From Giardia intestinalis (taxonomy: Eukaryota), in assembly GCA_000002435.2 (NCBI GenBank), contig CM018791.1: a stretch of 64,000 nucleotides of DNA; one strand, given 5' to 3'. Position numbers and translations under genes: made by a program. Shown here in pieces: positions 1-9,200 of the stretch (the stretch's first letter is position 1; each line of letters starts with the position of its first letter). The notes under the pieces are model-generated. The model ran no database searches, had not been told where the DNA came from, and saw nothing but the letters and a program-made list of their open reading frames with translations.

Positions 1-2085
1 TGCACAACGAGGATGCAACATTAGAGGGCCAATGGAACCAGGGGAGGCTGCTGTGGTAGCGTTACCAGCTAGGTCTTCTATGTCGTTCAAGGCGTAGAAG
101 CTCACCTGACCGTACCTATTACAATCTATAAGCATATTCATACCACCAACCGGAGACAATCTCATGGTGCACTGCACGTCCATGAATGACCATGACGAGC
201 AGGGCGTTGCTTTCTGATACTCGTATCTTCCTCGGCTCATATTTACGATGATCCATTGATCCAGCTGGTGAACTGCCAGAACAGGGTATTCTAAGTGCCG
301 CAGCACTGACTCGCACGTATACTCAAGCTCAAAGAACTTAAGTCGGCCTGAACACACTTCTTGTAGAGCAGAGACTATACTTTTGTAAAACGTGCTGTGA
401 TTCATGACAGCCTGTGCTGCAGCGGTCTGTTTTGGAAAGATATTGACTAGACTGCCATCTAACACGTCCTGCTTTAGATGCTCCAATTCTAGTAGGAAGT
501 CTGGGATGTAGTGCCCTTTGTAGGCTGTTAGGTCTAGCGTTGGTTTGCTAAGAAGCTCTAATGATAGCTCATAGAAGCTGTACCCATCCAAAGCTGACTT
601 AATGCAAAAGCGGACGGAACCAGATGTCTTTTCTTTTGACGGTATCTGTACTATACCTTCGATGTCCCCGTACGCACGTATAAACCCATGCATGAGGACA
701 GGGCTGAACATCGTGCCCTCCAGCTGGCATTCTGCTGGATGACACTTGTAGACTGGCAGGCGAGACCCGTCTATCCCCACTATCGATTCGTTCTGATACG
801 TGCTGAGAGCGCTGGTGTAAAAGCGCGTATGAGGGCGACAATTGCACGCTATACCGCTATCATTGGCAAGGGCAAGCAGGGCAACAGGAATATGATAGAG
901 ACAAATGCAATAGTCGTCTCCTCCAACTAGCAGTGTGAGAAACTCTCTGGATGTCTTTGTAACGGTTGACTCAGCCGTTTTACTCGATTGCATTAGCCAA
1001 CAAAGACAAGATGCGATATCGGGGGTGCAGCCCAGATGGCTATTGCGTTCGAACGATGATTGTAAATATACTATGGAGGGGTTTGCTTGGGGGCCGAAGC
1101 AAGTCACATATTCTCTAGGGATAGGTCTTGGCTTCGTACTTCTCTTGAGTGGACGTGGTGAAATGTTCAGCTCGGCACTGAGGTATAAGTCCACTGAAAG
1201 ATTTGACGCTTGGGCAGCTGCTTCTACGGCTTTGGCAAGATATTGGCCGTAAATTTGTTCGCAAGAAGCACAATGCCTTGGTGGCGAATGGTACATGCTG
1301 TATATTCTGTGGTACGTCTGCTCCGTGGTCAGCTTTTCCAATGAGCTCTCATCCATGCGGACAGTTTCGTCGAGAACCATCTGGGCTGGAGCATTGACGT
1401 GTGTAGATCGCCTCTGTCGCCGACCGGCTTGTCTCTGAGCAAGGTACCCCATGTGGTCCAGTAGGTCTGTGAAGTGATCGTACACAACAGAGCATCTACA
1501 CGTAACGTTCGCCTTCTTATAGTCTGGCTGGAAGACACCGTACCCACTTCCCTTTAGGACGGCTAGGACGGTGAAGGTCTCTGTGCTTAGTATCAGGCAT
1601 GCACCGTTATCCAATCCCGCTGCGAGCAAGGGGTACTGTGGACAAAGGCAGAAAGATATGCAGTATATGCTGTTGTCCCCGTTGATTGCGGGGCTCACGT
1701 GGGTCTTTAGGGACGGATGCGCCACATGTATGTACCTATCGGGTGGTATGCGAGCACCTTTACCCTTTACCTGGGATGTCTCAATAAGGGATGCAATGCT
1801 GTTGTACAAAAGAAGAAGTCCGTCCTCAGTTCCCAAAACAAGAGAATCACATCCCTGGTATCTGTATGTAGCAAGACACGCAACCGGGTGCTCTACATTT
1901 ACCTGACACAGGACATTGGCCTCAGCAGTTATCGCGGAAACGTAGTTTCCATGTGCAAAAATAACATAGCTTCCTAGAGCAATTGGGACCGTGCTAAGCC
2001 CTGGTACCTCGACAAAAATACTAGGAAGAGCTGGTAAACCCATATTGTTGGGATCGGCAACCGTGATCTGTGGACGAAGCATCAT
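1..2085 (-). CDS. hypothetical protein with WD40/beta-propeller-like N-terminal blades; partial, C-terminus lies beyond the left window edge
   Basis: I manually reverse-complemented and translated 2085->1. It gives one stop-free frame of about 695 codons starting ATGATG at 2085-2080 (minus), with an in-frame TGA just upstream. The frame agrees at three spot-checked points (2083, 1258 and 1-3, all congruent to 1 mod 3). The translation is protein-like (for example LVLGTEDGLLLLY and LLAAGLDNGACLIL WD-like blade motifs). It is absent from the ORF track, presumably because there is no in-window stop codon. Confidence 0.5.
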   Translation of the reverse strand, partial: MMLRPQITVADPNNMGLPALPSIFVEVPGLSTVPIALGSYVIFAHGNYVSAITAEANVLCQVNVEHPVACLATYRYQGCDSLVLGTEDGLLLLYNSIASLIETSQVKGKGARIPPDRYIHVAHPSLKTHVSPAINGDNSIYCISFCLCPQYPLLAAGLDNGACLILSTETFTVLAVLKGSGYGVFQPDYKKANVTCRCSVVYDHFTDLLDHMGYLAQRQAGRRQRRSTHVNAPAQMVLDETVRMDESSLEKLTTEQTYHRIYSMYHSPPRHCASCEQIYGQYLAKAVEAAAQASNLSVDLYLSAELNISPRPLKRSTKPRPIPREYVTCFGPQANPSIVYLQSSFERNSHLGCTPDIASCLCWLMQSSKTAESTVTKTSREFLTLLVGGDDYCICLYHIPVALLALANDSGIACNCRPHTRFYTSALSTYQNESIVGIDGSRLPVYKCHPAECQLEGTMFSPVLMHGFIRAYGDIEGIVQIPSKEKTSGSVRFCIKSALDGYSFYELSLELLSKPTLDLTAYKGHYIPDFLLELEHLKQDVLDGSLVNIFPKQTAAAQAVMNHSTFYKSIVSALQEVCSGRLKFFELEYTCESVLRHLEYPVLAVHQLDQWIIVNMSRGRYEYQKATPCSSWSFMDVQCTMRLSPVGGMNMLIDCNRYGQVSFYALNDIEDLAGNATTAASPGSIGPLMLHPRCA

Positions 2086-2108
2086 CAGTCAGGCTTTTAA
2101 ATTATCAC
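2086..2108. promoter_or_regulatory. 23-bp divergent intergenic spacer (cagtcaggcttttaaattatcac) between the starts of the 1-2085(-) and 2109-2900(+) genes; putative minimal bidirectional AT-rich initiator region
   Basis: The two ATGs face away from each other across 23 bp containing ttttaaatta. Diplomonad promoters are short AT-rich elements adjacent to the ATG. Confidence 0.4.
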
Positions 2109-2900
2109 ATGCCAGAGTGTCTGAGGACCTGGTCCATCCCCCTAACAGTAGACCAAAGCTTCGTCTTGGTGGCCAAGATTACAACAGTCCTAGAGTTGCC
2201 CGTTTTAGATAACCGCCTAACAGACCCCACTGTGCCCCACTCCATTGCTGAAGTGCAACTGTTTTTACGTCCTCCTGCTACCTCTTTGGAAGAAATCTGT
2301 AATGTAACCACAGGCCACGTCTATACAGTAGTGGCGCTGTTTGATGCCCAGGGTGAGTCTTTAGTGCTGCGGGCTGTGATGAGTCGTATTGCTACCGCCC
2401 TGACTCCCTACCTTATAAGTCAGAGAGACGAATACTTATCGGTCGAAGAACTGTTCTCTGCACTCCAAAAGGAGCATGGGACATCCTTTAAGATACAGAA
2501 GGAAAACCTTGGGACTATCCTTGTGGCCCATCTGCCTCAACTTGCTAATGCCAGACTACGGCTGAATATGTTATTAGAGATTCAGCAGCTTATGGATGCA
2601 CTGGCTTCTCTGACGACCTCCACTATAGTGTTTCTTCAAGGATTGGCGAAACACATGATTAACACTCTCGACTCGGGAGAACTACCATTGAGCACCCACA
2701 TCATTAAAGAAGTCGAACAAGCACGTGAAGCCTTGAGGACTATTGTTGATCGTTGCCGTGAATCCGGGGTTCTGTATACGAGGTATGGAGTCGAAAAGAT
2801 TTGTAAGATTCGGAGGTCACTTGAGTTGCTATCCTCTGAAGCCCTTCTCGGAAGGCCTTTAGAGATGAGGGAGGAACAAGGAACAAGTAAATGGGGTTAA
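2109..2900 (+). CDS. hypothetical protein (about 263 aa)
   Basis: The track ORF 2070-2900 begins at GTG. The first in-frame ATG is at 2109 (MPECLRT...). The translation is protein-like and non-repetitive, with a TAA stop at 2898-2900. Confidence 0.5.
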   Translation: MPECLRTWSIPLTVDQSFVLVAKITTVLELPVLDNRLTDPTVPHSIAEVQLFLRPPATSLEEICNVTTGHVYTVVALFDAQGESLVLRAVMSRIATALTPYLISQRDEYLSVEELFSALQKEHGTSFKIQKENLGTILVAHLPQLANARLRLNMLLEIQQLMDALASLTTSTIVFLQGLAKHMINTLDSGELPLSTHIIKEVEQAREALRTIVDRCRESGVLYTRYGVEKICKIRRSLELLSSEALLGRPLEMREEQGTSKWG

Positions 2901-2945
2901 AATTTAAATTATCAATTCAAGCTAGACAGAGTGGCCAGGGCCTTG

Positions 2946-5048
2946 ATGCAGAGTGAACGGAGTAGAGCAAACTATCACACCGGACAGAGCATCCCGCTGA
3001 CAAGAGAGCACGATTCGTATAGAACGGACCACTGCCCCGTTCCGGTCAAAGCGAAGATACATGGTGCAGAGCTCATTGCTAAGGAGAAGATCCATATCAA
3101 CTGGGATGATTCTAATTTTGATAACTATTTCTATGATGACAATGATGACTCGCGGAATATGTGTGATAATGCTACCTCTAAATCTCCTGCTCGAGCCGTC
3201 TCCATACCAAGGTACACTGTAATTTATTCAACAGGAACGACTAGTACATCTTTACGCAGCAGCATTGATGAGCCAGGGGTTGACTTACAAAAGAGAACCA
3301 TGGCCGGGGAGCTGAATTCTATTGACTCGAACTCCCTCTCTCAAATGACTGGTGAGATGATCATTCAGGAACATACAACTGCGCCTCGAGCAGCGGGTCC
3401 GCGGCAATTTTCACACAAAGGTGTACCAATGGTCAGCGTGCCCAGGACCGATCATTCGTCTGAAAGGAATTCCACGCAAAACATTGTCTCTCACGATACA
3501 GTATCACGCGATAGCTATGCAGATTCTGTGCCTGTTGCTTCTTTCGAAGTAGGGTACCGACCAGAGGCCTTTCCTAAAGAGCGGCACTGTCTCTCTCGTG
3601 GGTCCCGCTCAAGCTCATCCCATGCAGATACAGAGCGGTCAGCCTCACCAAACAAACAAAGACCACAAGTTGCACATCAATCCACACCATGTATTCCTGA
3701 ACATTCTATTAAAAACACATCAGCACCCAATCAAATGTACCTACCTGGAAGCCCTAACACATCGTTTCGTGAGATAAAGCCACCAGCAGTTGAAGTTGTA
3801 CATTCTAGAAACTCTGCTGGCACTACTCAGCGGGCATATCTGGCTACTTCTAACTCTCCGCCTCATCCTACGCCTGCTGCGGTAGCTGCACCTACACCGG
3901 CTCCTCAGCAGCCTCACGGGCAAGGTACTCATGTGCAGGTTCCTAAGCAAGCATACATCACCACTTTTAGAAGCTCCCTCTCTACTAACATGTCTCTGAC
4001 AAGTGATAAGCCGTTGTCATCTAGATCTCCTCACCGTATTTTCAATCGTGAAAAGAAGCCTGGTGCATCTGAGCCACTGGCTACCAATAAGGCAGGAATA
4101 CCTCAGCCTTACCAACATCCTCCGCAGCCAATCCCGCAGCAGTATCCCACAGATGGACCTCTACCTGGCACCTATAGTGATCAGGTTCAATCACGTGCCG
4201 TATCTGAGCGCTTGACTCCACGAAGATCACTGATTTCAACAACAAATATCAACGCACTTAAGCTCCAAGACGCCGTTCGCCAAGCAGACGAGCTACATTC
4301 ACATGCTTTGAAGCAATCGTACACCAAGCGTTCTACATTAGATGATCCATATTCAGAAACACTAGCAAGGGCAGAAGCCATCCTCTCACCAAAACGCGTA
4401 ATCCCAGCCACTCACGGAGGAGCACACAGCAATCCTCCTATTCTTCCAACCAAAATAGAGCCGACCACTGGCTCTGCTATGCCACAAATCGTCGATATTA
4501 ATAATAGAATCAAGGAGGCAATGACAATTGCTCGCAATGCTTTGTCCAGCCAGCAATCTGACAACAGTGCACGGAACAGCGTGTCAAGTCCTATTAGAGG
4601 GGTCTCTCCTATCAATCCAACATACGCCTCTGCTTCCACTTTTGCTTCGCCGATGTCTCCTGCCGGAAGGAGGCAGGCATTTCCAGCCTCCGAGGGAGTT
4701 TCCCCGTCTCTTCAACTTGCTAAGAAGTACATTGATGTAACAGGTGTTGCACGGATCAATTATGAACGCACAATGTCTCCTTCACGTGGAGCCAACAGTA
4801 ACATCTCTGCAGAGATGCTTTCGCATCGTGTGGTCGCGGATTCTTCATTTCGATCATCGGTGCACCACTATCCTCCATCACGTACATCTAATGCTCGTCC
4901 AAGTGTAGATGAGACGGAAACAGCTAATTACTTCACTTCACGGATAGCCATACAACGAGATGGAAAGCGGGTTCCTTCGTCCACTCAAAGTCTAACTATA
5001 AAGGCTCCGTCTCCATCTAGAGGTAGACAGTACACACCACTTTATTAG
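2946..5048 (+). CDS. Ser/Thr/Pro-rich low-complexity (probably intrinsically disordered) hypothetical protein, about 700 aa
   Basis: A long uninterrupted ORF. The track start at 2931 is GTG; the first ATG is at 2946 (MQSERS...). Composition is dominated by S, T, P, Q and R, and I recognise no catalytic motifs. Confidence 0.5.
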   Translation: MQSERSRANYHTGQSIPLTREHDSYRTDHCPVPVKAKIHGAELIAKEKIHINWDDSNFDNYFYDDNDDSRNMCDNATSKSPARAVSIPRYTVIYSTGTTSTSLRSSIDEPGVDLQKRTMAGELNSIDSNSLSQMTGEMIIQEHTTAPRAAGPRQFSHKGVPMVSVPRTDHSSERNSTQNIVSHDTVSRDSYADSVPVASFEVGYRPEAFPKERHCLSRGSRSSSSHADTERSASPNKQRPQVAHQSTPCIPEHSIKNTSAPNQMYLPGSPNTSFREIKPPAVEVVHSRNSAGTTQRAYLATSNSPPHPTPAAVAAPTPAPQQPHGQGTHVQVPKQAYITTFRSSLSTNMSLTSDKPLSSRSPHRIFNREKKPGASEPLATNKAGIPQPYQHPPQPIPQQYPTDGPLPGTYSDQVQSRAVSERLTPRRSLISTTNINALKLQDAVRQADELHSHALKQSYTKRSTLDDPYSETLARAEAILSPKRVIPATHGGAHSNPPILPTKIEPTTGSAMPQIVDINNRIKEAMTIARNALSSQQSDNSARNSVSSPIRGVSPINPTYASASTFASPMSPAGRRQAFPASEGVSPSLQLAKKYIDVTGVARINYERTMSPSRGANSNISAEMLSHRVVADSSFRSSVHHYPPSRTSNARPSVDETETANYFTSRIAIQRDGKRVPSSTQSLTIKAPSPSRGRQYTPLY

Positions 5049-6263
5049 CGCACGACAGTGAAAACTTATAGGAAGCATTTTTATTATTTTTCAGGATTGG
5101 TATACTGGCATATAGTGGGCATTTTTGTTAGTGTATTTTTGTTGGTAAAGGCCAGTACTAGGTAATTGATTGTGGATGATGGCGCACTCAGTCTAAAGCA
5201 ATCTAATATCTCTTAATTAATTGCCGTGCTGACAATAGATGATAAAAGCTAAATCAACTGCCACAAGTGCGATCATCCCAACCCACCCCACCGCCCAACA
5301 ACCCACCAGCTGACCTGGGACCACGGCTGAATGGACATAGAGAGACGGTCCCCTGATAGACGGGAGCATTGCTAAAAAGAAGCGACGACCTGGGTCTGGC
5401 CACCGTGAAGGAAGACCAAGAAGAGACACTACTTAGGGTAGACATACCTGCGAGAGGTCTGGAACCCTGAAATGACTGACGTGTATACATAATCTGGGTA
5501 CGCTGCACGAAATGGCAAAGAAGCGCACCAAGCTCTGGATGCACTAGTAGAGGGAAACCTCTAGCATGTCGTCTACAACTAGCCTTCGTTTTCAGACACG
5601 ATTAAAAATTGAGCGAGACTTACTCGTGAGACCTCTGGACCACGCCCCCAGGCGGGCTCAGCACAGCACGAAAAGCTCCTTAAGTACATGCATTTATTCT
5701 GTGCCCTAAACGATGAGGTAACTTTCTTGGCTATGGCTGAGCAAGCAGCTTAGTTTGTGCTGATTCTTAGGCTTACACTAGCACTGCTAAGGTCTACTAC
5801 TTGCACTTCTGCCTGATCTTACATTTCCAATGACATCCGTTGGCCTAAGGACATTCCTGGCATTAAAGCCCGACAAAGCCTAGTAATGATTATGTGATGT
5901 GTTCCTCTAAGCTATGTGTGACTATACTAAACCACCTACTGTTCAGATTTATAGCCGGCACGCACCCGTGTCAATGTGAATAGGGATGCTGCCTATTGCC
6001 CAATAAATGGAGTACACTTTGTGAGAGTGCTTTTACCACTTTGAATGTTAAATAGGGGTTCCGATTCCTGCATCTGTAGGTCCCTATAATAACCACGCTA
6101 GTTGGACATATTTCGGATGAAAACTATGTAGTCAAATGATGTTTATATTACTGTGATAAGCCCTTAATTCTTAAATTAGATGAATCAAAGCTGACACTAT
6201 TATTTGTCTGTGGTTTGAATACAGATACTATAGGAATATGAGATTGTTAAACGGCTAGCTTCA

Positions 6264-9200
6264 ATGTTACTAGGGATTGTTCTTCTTTGTGCAGCTGTGC
6301 TAGCTAAAGAATGTGTGCCGCAAATTTCTGGATGCGCCGAATGTGATGAATCGACTGGAACCAAATGCACGCGCTGCGACCCGGCCGGCAACACGCCCTT
6401 CCTGATGGAGACGACGCCGGACGGCGGGGAGGGCACGTGCGTCGGGGACTGCACACAGACCCCGGGCTATTACGGCGACGCCAGCGACGACCAGAATAAG
6501 AAGTGCAAGAAGTGCAACGCCGCCTGCGCAGCGTGCTCTGGCGCAGAGGCCACGAAGTGCACGCGCTGCGACCCGGCCGGCAACACGCCCTTCCTGATGG
6601 AGACGACGCCGGACGGCGGGGAGGGCACGTGCGTCGGGGACTGCACACAGACCCCGGGCTATTACGGCGACGCCAGCGACGACCAGAATAAGAAGTGCAA
6701 GAAGTGCAACGCCGCCTGCGCAGCGTGCTCTGGCGCAGAGGCCACGAAGTGCACGCGCTGCGACCCGGCCGGCAACACGCCCTTCCTGATGGAGACGACG
6801 CCGGACGGCGGGGAGGGCACGTGCGTCGGGGACTGCACACAGACCCCGGGCTATTACGGCGACGCCAGCGACGACCAGAATAAGAAGTGCAAGAAGTGCA
6901 ACGCCGCCTGCGCAGCGTGCTCTGGCGCAGAGGCCACGAAGTGCACGCGCTGCGACCCGGCCGGCAACACGCCCTTCCTGATGGAGACGACGCCGGACGG
7001 CGGGGAGGGCACGTGCGTCGGGGACTGCACACAGACCCCGGGCTATTACGGCGACGCCAGCGACGACCAGAATAAGAAGTGCAAGAAGTGCAACGCCGCC
7101 TGCGCAGCGTGCTCTGGCGCAGAGGCCACGAAGTGCACGCGCTGCGACCCGGCCGGCAACACGCCCTTCCTGATGGAGACGACGCCGGACGGCGGGGAGG
7201 GCACGTGCGTCGGGGACTGCACACAGACCCCGGGCTATTACGGCGACGCCAGCGACGACCAGAATAAGAAGTGCAAGAAGTGCAACGCCGCCTGCGCAGC
7301 GTGCTCTGGCGCAGAGGCCACGAAGTGCACGCGCTGCGACCCGGCCGGCAACACGCCCTTCCTGATGGAGACGACGCCGGACGGCGGGGAGGGCACGTGC
7401 GTCGGGGACTGCACACAGACCCCGGGCTATTACGGCGACGCCAGCGACGACCAGAATAAGAAGTGCAAGAAGTGCAACGCCGCCTGCGCAGCGTGCTCTG
7501 GCGCAGAGGCCACGAAGTGCACGCGCTGCGACCCGGCCGGCAACACGCCCTTCCTGATGGAGACGACGCCGGACGGCGGGGAGGGCACGTGCGTCGGGGA
7601 CTGCACACAGACCCCGGGCTATTACGGCGACGCCAGCGACGACCAGAATAAGAAGTGCAAGAAGTGCAACGCCGCCTGCGCAGCGTGCTCTGGCGCAGAG
7701 GCCACGAAGTGCACGCGCTGCGACCCGGCCGGCAACACGCCCTTCCTGATGGAGACGACGCCGGACGGCGGGGAGGGCACGTGCGTCGGGGACTGCACAC
7801 AGACCCCGGGCTATTACGGCGACGCCAGCGACGACCAGAATAAGAAGTGCAAGAAGTGCAACGCCGCCTGCGCAGCGTGCTCTGGCGCAGAGGCCACGAA
7901 GTGCACGCGCTGCGACCCGGCCGGCAACACGCCCTTCCTGATGGAGACGACGCCGGACGGCGGGGAGGGCACGTGCGTCGGGGACTGCACACAGACCCCG
8001 GGCTATTACGGCGACGCCAGCGACGACCAGAATAAGAAGTGCAAGAAGTGCAACGCCGCCTGCGCAGCGTGCTCTGGCGCAGAGGCCACGAAGTGCACGC
8101 GCTGCGACCCGGCCGGCAACACGCCCTTCCTGATGGAGACGACGCCGGACGGCGGGGAGGGCACGTGCGTCGGGGACTGCACACAGACCCCGGGCTATTA
8201 CGGCGACGCCAGCGACGACCAGAATAAGAAGTGCAAGAAGTGCAACGCCGCCTGCGCAGCGTGCTCTGGCGCAGAGGCCACGAAGTGCACGCGCTGCGAC
8301 CCGGCCGGCAACACGCCCTTCCTGATGGAGACGACGCCGGACGGCGGGGAGGGCACGTGCGTCGGGGACTGCACACAGACCCCGGGCTATTACGGCGACG
8401 CCAGCGACGACCAGAATAAGAAGTGCAAGAAGTGCAACGCCGCCTGCGCAGCGTGCTCTGGCGCAGAGGCCACGAAGTGCACGCGCTGCGACCCGGCCGG
8501 CAACACGCCCTTCCTGATGGAGACGACGCCGGACGGCGGGGAGGGCACGTGCGTCGGGGACTGCACACAGACCCCGGGCTATTACGGCGACGCCAGCGAC
8601 GACCAGAATAAGAAGTGCAAGAAGTGCAACGCCGCCTGCGCAGCGTGCTCTGGCGCAGAGGCCACGAAGTGCACGCGCTGCGACCCGGCCGGCAACACGC
8701 CCTTCCTGATGGAGACGACGCCGGACGGCGGGGAGGGCACGTGCGTCGGGGACTGCACACAGACCCCGGGCTATTACGGCGACGCCAGCGACGACCAGAA
8801 TAAGAAGTGCAAGAAGTGCAACGCCGCCTGCGCAGCGTGCTCTGGCGCAGAGGCCACGAAGTGCACGCGCTGCGACCCGGCCGGCAACACGCCCTTCCTG
8901 ATGGAGACGACGCCGGACGGCGGGGAGGGCACGTGCGTCGGGGACTGCACACAGACCCCGGGCTATTACGGCGACGCCAGCGACGACCAGAATAAGAAGT
9001 GCAAGAAGTGCAACGCCGCCTGCGCAGCGTGCTCTGGCGCAGAGGCCACGAAGTGCACGCGCTGCGACCCGGCCGGCAACACGCCCTTCCTGATGGAGAC
9101 GACGCCGGACGGCGGGGAGGGCACGTGCGTCGGGGACTGCACACAGACCCCGGGCTATTACGGCGACGCCAGCGACGACCAGAATAAGAAGTGCAAGAAG

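Noticed and set aside
688-2060. Short plus-strand ORFs in three alternating frames, suggesting a frameshifted pseudogene.
   Set aside because: A single stop-free minus-strand frame spans the whole interval (the inferred partial gene 1-2085), which explains the lack of long ORFs in the other five frames.
2070-2108. ORF-track start positions at 2070, 2931, 31483, 34910, 39562 and 62699.
   Set aside because: On inspection these codons are GTG or TTG. Diplomonad genes initiate at ATG, so I moved the starts to the first in-frame ATG (2109, 2946, 31486, 34931, about 39529 and 62663).
6503-9187. Fourteen identical 62-aa plus-strand ORFs (MQEVQRRLRSV...) at 192-bp spacing.
   Set aside because: They are off-frame reads of the same tandem repeat inside the VSP coding sequence and are not independent genes.
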